Assembly: GCA_040954595.2 (NCBI GenBank)
Contig: CM082584.2
Coordinates: 7,149,919 to 7,213,918, forward strand
Origin: Balanoglossus misakiensis
Taxonomy: Eukaryota; Animalia; Hemichordata
DNA: 64,000 bases
Direction of reading: 5' to 3'
Shown here: in pieces, positions 28,012 through 38,917 of the stretch
Layout of the letters: the number at the start of each line of letters is the position of its first letter
How positions within the stretch are numbered: the first letter of the stretch is position 1
Position numbers and translations under genes: made by a program
The notes under the pieces: generated by a model
What the model saw: the letters and a program-made list of their open reading frames with translations, nothing else
Databases searched by the model: none
What the model was told of the DNA's origin: nothing

Positions 28012-28332
28012 GAGTGCCTTTTAAACATATCAGTTTTCAATAGAAATGTCACGCTCAAGTCTTGATTTACTGACATTGACAATCACCATTAATAAAAAGA
28101 CATTTACCTCGCACGTCTGATTGTTCATAGACTCCTACTTAGTAGAAAGTCTTGCAAACTAAAATGGAAAAATATATCTATAATGGATCCCTGGTTACAA
28201 CAACCGATTGTATATTTGTCGCTTGGGGGCAAATCAGTGTTCGACGTGGATAAACACATTTTAGGATATTAAAGAGAAGATGGCCATAATTATCGTTTCG
28301 TCATCAATCAGTGTCATTTTCTTTTGTGGAAG
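28012..28332 (-). promoter_or_regulatory. Duplicated 5' flank of GPCR paralogue 2 (homologous to 29378-29697 upstream of paralogue 3)
   Basis: Shared blocks in the same order: CTTTTAAAC, GAAATGTC, TTGATTTACTGACAyTGACAATCA, TGATTGTTCATA, TATATTTGTCGCTTGGGGGCAAATCAGTrTTCGACGT, ATCAGTGTCATT. Confidence 0.6.
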
Positions 28333-28361
28333 TTCGTCAAATGGTTGACATTGAGTTGAAC

Positions 28362-29318
28362 TCAACCTCGCGACTGGCAGTTAAACTGAAATGGTGCCTT
28401 CAGTATTTTCTTGAAAGCCGAACGAAACTCCCCACTTCTATACGCATATATTGCCGGATTCATTGCAGAATTTACATTGGTAACGATAAAACACACAGTG
28501 CTGATCCAGACCACGCTGCAAGCATCTCCCTCGAACGCGAATGTCATGTAAAATTGCCAAACGCCCGTTGGTAGACTCGACAGAAGCAATGTTCCCAGGA
28601 TGAGAGACACCGTCTTGACTGCCTTCAGTTCCTTCTTGAAGGACGTGTTTTCAAGACTAAGCACTTGTCCCTGCGCTGCGATTTTACTGGCTTGTTTTCT
28701 GGCGATGTAAAATATGTGACCGTACAGGATCAGGATAACGGTGATGGGAGAGATGAAGCAAATAAACGAGATGACGGTTCCAAACTTTCCGGGCATAGCC
28801 TCATCCATGGAACACTGACCAGTCAGTGTTACGTTACCGTCGGGGGACACGTCTCCCAGTCCGATGAACAGTGAAGAAGCGTAAACAACCGGTACCAACC
28901 ACAAAACGACAATCACGGCGGCCACTTTCTTCTTGGTAACCGTTGCGTAGTAGGTCAGAGGATTCGTGATGGCCTTGTGTCGCTCAAATCCGATGGCAAG
29001 AAGGTGTAGAATGGAAATCAGCCATCCGATGGCTATAATCGCAATTCGGACGAGACAGTTGTACTCCGCAGGTATGGGGATGTAGTCGCGGTACACAAAC
29101 ATATACACGAACAGACCAGCACCCACGAACAAGTCTCCAAATGCAAGACTGACTATATAACAATTGGTGAGAGTCTGCAAGGTTTTGAACTTAAAAACGG
29201 ACATGATGACTAAAGTGTTACCGAAGAATATGAGTGCTATAAGAATACTAATGATAGCAAAGCAAAATATGGCATAGGTAATAGTTTCTTCGTCGGGGCA
29301 GTACGCTAACTCCGCCAT
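28362..29318 (-). CDS. Class A GPCR paralogue 3, intronless, ~318 aa
   Basis: Same 7TM motifs. ATG in ACCATGG context at 29318. C-terminus CQSRG is shared with paralogue 2. Confidence 0.93.
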   Translation of the reverse strand: MAELAYCPDEETITYAIFCFAIISILIALIFFGNTLVIMSVFKFKTLQTLTNCYIVSLAFGDLFVGAGLFVYMFVYRDYIPIPAEYNCLVRIAIIAIGWLISILHLLAIGFERHKAITNPLTYYATVTKKKVAAVIVVLWLVPVVYASSLFIGLGDVSPDGNVTLTGQCSMDEAMPGKFGTVISFICFISPITVILILYGHIFYIARKQASKIAAQGQVLSLENTSFKKELKAVKTVSLILGTLLLSSLPTGVWQFYMTFAFEGDACSVVWISTVCFIVTNVNSAMNPAIYAYRSGEFRSAFKKILKAPFQFNCQSRG

Positions 29319-30045
29319 GGTCACTGTTTCTGGTAACCGCAGTATGCGTTGTAATAACTAATAACGTGTCAGTGAAGGCGGCTTTTAAACTGTTCAGCTT
29401 TCAATCGAAATGTCGTGACCAAGATTTGATTTACTGACACTGACAATCAATATTTTAATAAAAGGCGCGCCTTATTTGATTGTTCATACACCCCTATTTA
29501 GCAAAAAAAAACCAAGACCTATATATACAAGCTACAAATTGATGTAAAATAATGGTTCATATATTTGTCGCTTGGGGGCAAATCAGTATTCGACGTATAT
29601 TAAATGTGCGGATATGGATAAACAAATTCGGAAATTTTAAAGGTGATAAAAGGCACAATTACATTGTTTAATCGATCAGTGTCATTCCTTTGTGAAGAAG
29701 CTAGACAATTACAAACGGACGACTATATACCTAAGTTGTAGTGATGCTGTCAACTATTCCTATGCTGAAAGTGTCGTGATATCGTGTTAAGTTTCCCCGG
29801 GAAACAAGATATATGCATAGAAAGCAAGTTCTCGGTAGATAATGAATAGTCTCGGACTTGCCCCTTGCAAAGATTTCAAAGCACGCTACCCGCTTATAGA
29901 ATTCGAATACATGTACATTTATGCTGAATAATTCAATTTGTAAAATTTCCCCATAAAAGCTTGCAATAGGACAAATCTGCAATGCCCCCATCAATTATTC
30001 AACTCATCCCTTTAGGAATATAATCTCCACAAAATAGCAATATGG

Positions 30046-33000
30046 CTAAATGTGCAAAACGGCGAAAGCGAACAGAAGAAGCAGTGCGAGAGACCACGGC
30101 TCCGGGCACATTCCCCCATCTACCACGGTGGCCGGTTCGCTGGGGGGTTGACTGGTGGGCAAAACATCCGCGTTGCCAGTGGTAACGATTGTGGCCTTGC
30201 CCCTGTTGAAGGTGACCGCGTTGGTCGCGGCCAGAGTGCGTCGCTCTCCGGTCGCCTTGACCCACACGATCATGTCCTCCTCTGCATTGTGGTCATCGGT
30301 CAATGTCACGGTCACGTGGTCGGCGGTGACCACCATGTCGAAGACGAAGCCGCGATATTTCAAGCCGTAGAACGAGATGGAGTCGGAGTCTTGGGGAACG
30401 TACGGGTCGAGATCAAGCTGTTTTGCACGTAGGCGCAAACCGCCGTAGCCGAAGAATACCGACTGCAACATGCCGCCAGCACCCGTGATAAAATTGACGC
30501 AACGAACGCCTTCCTCGCCGGATTCGGGTTTCTCGCTGAATATCTAGTTTTAAAAATTAAAAATTAAACGAAAATAAAACAGAACGAAAAACAAAACAAC
30601 TACCCCCAAAATCTGTTCAATAATATAAGGAAGGCTGTCTACAAATCGCATAATACCTCAGCGGTTTTCTAAAAGCAAGGAGTTTTTTTCCAGTCCAATA
30701 AAGTCAACAGTCTGTCGGGGAGGGGTAGGAATTGCAATCATTGATAACTTTCCGGCATAAATAATCAATGTTTGCATTTCTTCTATCTTAACTTAGCCCT
30801 GGTGATTATTTCCTAGGGCTTTTTAAGATAATTATACGCGATGATATTTTCATGAATTGTAGGCCGGGAAAATGTGAAATGTATTTTAGCATTCGACAAC
30901 ATGCCAGTCCACACAACGGCAGAACTGAAGCTCAGCCTACTATTCTCTATATAAGTAACCCACGTGTACTTACTTTAAATGGGCCGTTCAAGTTTCTGAA
31001 CATTCTTTGAAACATGTCGTTGGCTTTCTCCTCGTCGCCAAGTTCCAGCCATCCAACTGTGTGCATACTCCACGTACCAGTGTCGGGACCATATTCATCA
31101 GTTAACTACGGGAGGAAATGAAAATTTGACAATGAGGACGATATAGCAGTGACCAAGAACGATTTTCATGAGTTATAACCATGAGTTTATTTTAAAAATG
31201 AAGAAATTTTGAAAATTCGCAAAGTCGAGCAATTGTCATTTTTTGACGATTTTCATGAGCTATAACCCATGATTTTTTTTTAAAAAATCAGAAACCAGAA
31301 TTTATCGTCACTGTGAGTTAAAGGGACAAAGTCTCTCTCTCGCTGCCCTTTTTCCATTAATTATATTTGATACAAGACACTGTTTGTTATTCTACATGTG
31401 GATATATAGCGAATGAACGTTCAACGACACACAAATTGCATCCCTCTTATAGACAGGAGAGTGAAAAAACTCGCCAAAATGAATAATCGTTCCTTACCAT
31501 TTATTCATTTTGGGCGAGTTTTTACTCTCATATCATACATGGGATGGAAGTTTTGTGTGGTTGATCATTGATTCACTATATATCCACATGTAGAATGACA
31601 TAAACGGTGTCTTGTATCAAACATAATTAATGGAAAAAAGGCAGCGAGAGAGAGACTTTGTCCCTTTAATACTGGAATTTCCAGACATGGAAGCTCATTC
31701 GGTTCCTGCAAAACCGACCTTTCTCGAATGCTGAATCAAATAGTGTTAACTCGAGAAAACTGAGTGTGAAACCGATTTTTGGACTTCTACTTACCTCTTC
31801 GTAAATCTCAAGATCGTTCTTCCTCACTTGCGGCGTCATGTCACTCATCAAGGGATAGCCGAGTAACACCACGTCTGATTGCTTGATTTCGACGGCTGTA
31901 GGAACAGAAATTGGGGAACTTCAGTCTGAGAAGAAGTTTTCCACGTGGAATCGAAAATGTGGCACTTATGTGGCAAAATACATGAATATCAATTTTTCAT
32001 AATACAACTTGCAAACACACACACATACATACACACAGACAGACGCAATTTAGTGGATAGATAACAAAAAAGAATTTTTGTCGTACTTTCTGGGTCGGGA
32101 ACGAACCCTTCGAACTGTGGGTGATACTGCATTTCCTCGTCGAAAAGAATGTACAGTTTCTCGCTCATTTGACGCCATCTTGTTGCATCCTCTTCGGTGA
32201 TATGACTGCAAAAATGACAGGGAAATAAAAGGTCATGTAACTCTTACGTCATCCGATACGTTTACCACAGTTGACACAGCAAAGAGATTCCTTAATGCAT
32301 AGATCACGACACAAACTGTATTTAGAGTTGTTTCCTCCAATGTACTGCGCACATAAACAATTGTATTCGATGTATCAGATGAACTTTGCTTCGGGGTGAC
32401 TTTGAGTGGTAATAATGGGTCATAGAATAGTTCACAAAATTTTCTTTGGTACTAACTAAACAATTGTACTGCATATCTGGTATCCATTTTTCTACATGTA
32501 CATGATTTCTGAAGTCTAATTGCGTGGAGAAACGTATCTTCTTACCTGGGATTGCTCAAAATAGACAGGATATATTCTGGCAGCTGGAGACTAAGTTTCG
32601 CTTGGAAATTGGTGAACACAGAGTTGTTGACGTTTTCGTGGTACTCATCGGGTCCCATCACGCCTGTAGAAGCAAAAGAGATAGGAAATGTAGTACCTTT
32701 TGACGTGGATAGTTTCAGAAACGAATTAATGAGAAACTGAAAAAACTTCTTTCAGACTTCTTTCAAGTGTTTCCCTGTGTAAACATAAAGGAGTACGGCC
32801 ACCGTCATCATGGAATGTTAAGAGATCAATGAACATCTGTACCCTTCACATCCCAAACTTACGATGTATCTCATAGCGATCATTCTGTTCGTTGTACTCG
32901 GATCGAGACTCCCAGAATCTTGCAATGTTCATGGCCAGTTCCTCCCCGCGCGACGCGGGATTTGTCAGAAAGTCGGTGTCCATGGTGGCGTAGAGGTACT

Positions 33001-34087
33001 GCCTTATGGAATACGAAACATCTGCGGTGATGTGCACCTGGTATTGGGATGCGGGCGGCCATGGGCAAGTCTCCACACCTGTTGAACAGAAGTCAGACAA
33101 TCAAGAGAAACTGTGAGCAAAAGTATACACCTGGTCAAGTTGGTGCTGTACATTCAAATTGCTGCCAGGTGGTTATCGCCAACGATCATGCGATCACCAA
33201 TGTTGTTTACCACGCACAACAAGACGTAACTAACGAATCGTGGGGTACGCTACTTGCAATTTACGGTCTTAAGCGCAATATCCTAATAAATACCAGAGAA
33301 TTGAAAGCAAAACCAAATCAAGTTCGCCCCGTACCCGTGTAGCACTGTTCCCAGGGGAACCTGACGCCACTGTAACCGGTCTCTCCAGCGTAGTCCTGCA
33401 CGACGTCCAAGACGCGAGAGCGCGACTCTATCATTCTGGTCGCCATCTCGGGATGGAACATCATAACAGGCGGCATGATCCACGTGTCCATGTCCCAGAA
33501 CACGTGACCCGCGTAGTCATTGTAAGGTCCACCTTTCTTGTCCAGTCTGACTTTCCCTCCGCGAGGCAGACCCCCTGTTGTAGAAAAAGGAATTCATATG
33601 AGTAATTCCAGCCACCTGTTATATTTGCTGGAAGGAAGATTGTTTTCATGAAGTTTTGATCACATTGAAAGTTAAACTTTGAAGTTGACATACCGGGGCT
33701 CAATCCAATGAACGGGTTTACCAGGTCTCGGTCCAAGGGCGTCGATGACAATATATAATACAACGCGGCATAGAGAGTCTCTCCCAGGTCCGGGTTACCG
33801 CCAATCTCGATCCTTCCATTATCCCAAAGCGACTTCCAGGCCTCGGCGTGCGACGCAAACAGCCGCTGTTCTTGTAGTGAAGCGAGCCCGTCATTGAACG
33901 CTTGAAGGGCGTCCTCTCTGGTGGTACTCAGGGAAGTGATGAAGGTCCACGTGGCCACGTGCTGGTTTTGGTTCAACGTGAGATTGGAGGGGATGTCGGT
34001 CCAGTAGATGTGGATCTGGCGATGCTCGCTGGTGTTGGTTTCCGGTTGATAAATTGTACCGTTCTGATACCTGCTGGAAGCAATTCT

Positions 34088-34157
<70 letters not shown>

Positions 34158-35361
34158 CTTATCGGAAACAAAATTGTGTAGTATGTAAAATATTGCACAT
34201 CCCACCTTAGGCCATCATGAAGTAGTTCTTCGGGGGACATGTCAAAATCAGGACTTTCTTCTCCACGATTTAATTCAAGTCCAATATCGATATCACCCAC
34301 TGAATTAATTCTCCAGAGAGTGATCTCCGTCACCAAAAGACGAGTGTTGGCGCGATGAGCGTAGAACTTCTGTTCAACCCCAAAATCGTCGTGTGTAATG
34401 CGCTGTGTGAAATATCCTGAAAAATGACAGTTTATAAGCTGACTTAACCAAAATCCGAAAGTACATGTAATCCCATAATCGGTTTAAAAGCAGATTGTTT
34501 GACTGAAACGACAGTCTACATTAACCAATATCTCAGAGCACTGATCTCGTTTTCTATGTTTTCCGACTGGTTACCATTTTCATATATTTTCGGCTTGTTT
34601 TAATATTTCTGACGCTGAAGACATCCGCCCTGCAATCAACGTTGTATATGCACCCTTGAGTGCATAAGTGACATATCTGCTGCGATGTCGTCAACTCTAT
34701 TATTTATTACTTACAGGAAATGGGAACAAAAAACGACAAATTTACTTTGTCCCTGAATGTCGTCATAAAAAATGTAAATGTCCCACAATAAAATATTCCA
34801 TTAACGTATGATTGATAATTAAGCGTGAAAAATTAATGTAACCTCAAACAACTTCCACTACTGGTCAGGTGATTAATATTCGTGACTCATTAATATTCAT
34901 GACGTACCTTCGTACATGTTTAACGAAAACGTTCTCTCTTCTGTTCCGTCATATGTGATGTTGATGGCGTTTGTTGACGGTATCCGGGCCCTGTGACTGT
35001 CGTCCATGTAACCGTTCATCACACCGTTGACGTACACAGTGTCCGTCAGAACACTTGTTCCCACGTGACCATTGCCTATGTTCGGCTTGAATCGGTCATC
35101 TTCGGGCAGACTGGAAGTACGACGAAGGAAAATTGTACCGATATGATTGCACAGCGATTTCTGATTCCAGCGCTTGTAAAATGTTAAATGAGCACGCAGA
35201 GCTAGTCTCTCGAGATATTAGGGGGAAAATCAATTTTTAAATCAGACATGAGTTTACAATTTAACTTACGTGTCACTATTTATGATGTATGCCTGACTCT
35301 GAACGGTGTGAGTCGTCATGGCAACGACGGCCAAGACGACATACAACGGTGTAAAGTCCAT
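30046..35361 (-). CDS. PGGHG: Protein-glucosylgalactosylhydroxylysine glucosidase-like (GH65; PGGHG/ATHL1), 768 aa, 11 coding exons: 35270-35361, 34908-35110, 34206-34416, 33694-34070, 33335-33574, 32863-33078, 32546-32663, 32087-32205, 31795-31895, 30974-31105, 30046-30543
   Basis: All junctions are GT-AG and phase-consistent; total 2307 nt. Motifs: NIGNGHVGT, SHRARIPS, FYAHR, ALYYILSS, GLSPGGL, DYAGHVFWDMDTW, RFPWE, HITAD, VMGPDEYH..VNNSVFTN, IKQSDVVLLGYPL, TWSMHTVGWLELG, VNFITGAGGMLQSVFFGYGGLRL. An in-frame TAA immediately precedes the ATG. Confidence 0.9.
31160..31294 (-). repeat. Diverged ~1.5-copy solo of the 88-bp satellite, inverted, in a PGGHG intron
   Basis: Reverse complement reads ...AAAATCATGGGTTATAGCTCATGAAAATCGTCAAAAAATGACAATTGCTCGACTTTGCGAATTTTCAAAATTTCTTCATTTTTAAAAT..., collinear with the array monomer. 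Confidence 0.92.
31322..31665. mobile_element. Non-autonomous foldback MITE with TTAA target-site duplication (Kolobok/T2-like termini)
   Basis: TTAA-AGGGACAAAGTCTCTCTCTCGCTGCC ... GGCAGCGAGAGAGAGACTTTGTCCCT-TTAA. Imperfect inverted symmetry continues through almost the whole 344 bp. Confidence 0.88.
34088..34157. repeat. (ATC)n microsatellite, ~23 units, in the intron between PGGHG coding exons 3 and 4
   Basis: Direct reading; flanked by the donor at 34204-34205 and the acceptor at 34071-34072. Confidence 0.97.
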
Positions 35362-36409
35362 TTAGTCGTTTTCTCTGGAATGAAACAACAAAAAGGGGAA
35401 GACGAAAAGAAGAAGAAAATGTTGACTTGGAAAGAATGTCACTCCTCTTGACATTCAATGATAACGCGACGAAATTGTTCGAAAAAATGACCCCGCTCTG
35501 CACAAAAATATTGATAACACGCAATTGCAAATATGTACATAAAGAGTTGATGTGATTTCAATATGATTGAGTGCGCACGCTCCTCACAAGTATACGGACT
35601 AAAGAAAACAAAAGAACATTACAAATGTCTGAGGGGAAAATTAAATAAACGGACAATCCATGTTCCTGTGTCTGATTGATATCGTGTAACTTTCAGGGCT
35701 CTTTGGTCGCGATTTGTGACAAGGCAGAAATCTTTCATTTTGAGCCGGGTATACTCAATTACTTTGTTATTTATGACAACAAACTCGACAAACCCAACAA
35801 ATATGCTAATTTTCACCCGAGAGGTCTTATATCAGCAACAAAACACCAGACCTCGCTTGCCGTTTATAACCTCCAGGTGTACAATCGACAAAGGTCACAT
35901 GATCTCTGCGGTAGATGAGTATTTTATAAACTTCAACAGAAACACCCGTATTTATCAGCACCAAGAATTTATGCTCTAACGACAACAGAAACAAGATTTA
36001 GTATCACATAAAGCTGTTTATCAACGACCAATTTATAGAAGATTTCTCACCTGCGAAGTGGCGATATCAATAAACTTAACGTATAAACGCGTTATAAGGT
36101 CTTGGCAACCTACGTTGCTCATACCAAAATATCTTCTCTATAGAAAGAAATAGTTCTTATCATCACAATGTGTACGAAATAAACCTTAGTTGTTTAATTC
36201 GAGGTTTTAAGCTAAATAGGCAAGTAGTTAATTCGGACAGTAAACCCAAAATACGGTAACAATGTCCCTTTTCACCTTTATAGGAACAGGGGGTAGCCTG
36301 ATCGTCATTTGAAACGGTAACTTGATGTTAAAGTTAAACGTGTTACGTGCTATATAGGCTATCCGTGTCAATCCAGGTAATTAGGCGAAGGGAAAACAGG
36401 TTTTCTTAC

Positions 36410-36530
36410 CTTATCTCTTTACGCGCAAGTTTTGCCCGGAATTTTCCGCGCTGCGTCCAAAACAGTGTGCGGTACAACGTCCCCACGAAGACAATAGAGA
36501 CCCTAGTGGCCCCAAAAACCTATATTTATA
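36410..36530 (-). promoter_or_regulatory. Candidate PGGHG promoter and non-coding first exon
   Basis: Minus-strand TATAAATA at 36523-36530, then a CpG-rich stretch, then donor AG|GTAAGA at 36410. An acceptor at 35375-35376 lies just before the ATG exon. Confidence 0.45.
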
Positions 36531-38680
36531 TACCTGCGGTATGAAATATGGCAATATATACAAAACAGACAAGAAAGGTGATAACTATCGAGTGTTTGCT
36601 TTGCAAGTATTGATCAGTACATGCATTACTATTTATGGCACATCACGATCTCTCCATTCCTGCACGTAAACTTTGCAAAACAAACTTTAACACGATAGCA
36701 TTCTAGCACGATAAAAAAATCGTATGCTGTCATATTTAGCGTGGGATAGGGCCAACAACCAATTTTAGAAATTACAATGGCTTCCAGTGTCCGCTACAAA
36801 ACTTATACCCCCCTCCCCACCGACAGAAGTTGAATTCTGATCAGCACACCCCGAAAACACTCATAACTGGACAAACAAACAAACCGAAAACCAGGACTCA
36901 GATTTAATTTTAGAAATTCTACTTAGACTCGTGATGTGATAGTGGGTATCGAGATTGTCAACAACTGCGGCGATATATTGTCTTATATTTACCTTTGCAA
37001 CTGCCCATGTAAATTCGATACCTGACCTGTTTTTTCGGGGGGGGGGGTTATGGATATGTATTGTCACTGTTTTGCACGCTTAGAAAGCTATTGTTTCGCT
37101 TTGTTTTCTAACGCGAATGCACGGACGGCGAATAAATTGATAGTCTTTAAACCTGCTGAATTATTTATGCATTTTACTCACACAGAATTATTCCAAAACA
37201 ATTTCAATCTTGTAACATTTTTTACTGGTATCCGAACTCAATAAATTCAACGTCAAGATCAAACAAACTCTCTCGATCAATCACTGTTCTACTTATGATA
37301 TTATGGCATGCCCCAATTTTGAAAGCGACTAGCTGCGGTGTAGTACCATATCTTGGCCATAATTCAACCTGCTTTTCAAGAGACCAGCAGTACTGCTGTC
37401 CATGATGAAAACACAGTAGATACTCGGTCTTATTTGCTTTCCATACAAATGAGATTCCGGACACCGACTCAAAACATATGGAGAGTGCAACTTAACACGC
37501 CAGTGATTGGTGTTAGAAGCCTAAAAACAAAAGCCTCGCAAAGCTACAACTAATGAGGGCGCTCCAACGGACCCGTGTTTGTTTCTATGCTATTCTTGTG
37601 CTTGGGTTGAAATTTGAATATGCTGTATTTTCTACTGCATAGAAACCTATAGTAACCCCCTACCTTTCAAACAGTTTTGGTTGAATCCTGGTGTTTTTAC
37701 CATGGCTGCCATTCCAGTGAACAAGAAAGTGTGGGAAAGAACAGGTTGGCACTTTATAGGGGCCAGACCCTGTCTGATGGCATTTGTGGTTGATTCCCTA
37801 TTGTCTCCCTATTGTTGGACCAATACACCAGGAAACAGGGGAGGCAGGGTGGTACTTGTCAGCAGAGATCAGGATTGAAGACACAATGAACTTTCATTGA
37901 ATGTGTCTACCTAAATAACAACACCCTTACATTGTTTCATAGCTGTATCTTACTGCTTCCCTTTATTTTGCAGCCCAAAACATCATACAAGTTAATACGG
38001 ATAGCACTTTTTTTCATTAAACAGTACACCTCAAACTTTCCTGTAACTTTAAAAAAAATTATCCAACTGACATCGAGATCGAAAAAATGTGCAGTGTCTC
38101 AAACTTTCATGATTTACATGTACATATCAACACTGTTTTCCTGTCCAAAACTTTCTGTTATCATTTGTGGTTTTCTTTTCCGACAGAAATCCTAAATGAA
38201 GCTACCAACACTCAAGTATTAAAGAAAAGCTGCACCATAAATATTACTGTATGTGATTTTGAGAAAGAGCAGAACATGTCTGGGTATGTGTGAGTCATTA
38301 GAAAATGCATATTACAGTGTCTTTGGTGTTTCTTAGGTAACCGTTTACCATAAATGCGTTCATAGTAAAAAATAAAACTTGCGATAAATATTTCAGGATG
38401 GGTATTGCAACAAAAGATCATGCCCTCCCCTAACTGTATATTGTGGAATAAGCACACATAAAAATAACAAATATTTTTCGATATTTTTCTACAGATACGG
38501 TAGCTATGCTTGTAACCCTAACACAGACCTACATCTCGTGCCGAGGCTAAAAATCAACATAAGTAACGGAGGCGCGACGCACCGGTCAACTTCTAAAGCG
38601 GTCCAACTACGCGTTTTTTTCGCTCAAGCAGGGATCGCGTTCTAAAGTAGTGTACAAAAAGAACTGGAGACGGTTCTATT

Positions 38681-38853
38681 TCACTTCTGCTTCGAGAAGT
38701 ACTCTTGGCTCTTCGTGACGTCCGGCTTGATAGTGTCACTGCCCGGTTTCCAGCCAGCGGGGCAAACTGGAATAAAACAGAACCAAGGAGAACGAATCAA
38801 AAAATGGTGGTTGTATACATCCAAACAATGTGCAAGTGACGTGCACTTTTCAC

Positions 38854-38917
<64 letters not shown>

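Noticed and set aside
27948-28082. 45-aa N-terminal extension of GPCR paralogue 2
   Set aside because: The sequence is homologous to the non-coding upstream flank of paralogue 3, and the paralogue starts align with the ATG at 27947.
33461-34336. 291-aa ORF with a poly-Asp tract (also poly-Met and poly-Ile ORFs)
   Set aside because: Read-through of an intron containing an (ATC)n microsatellite with canonical splice sites either side. The intron is 135 nt and stop-free, so retention is formally possible, but there is no evidence for it.
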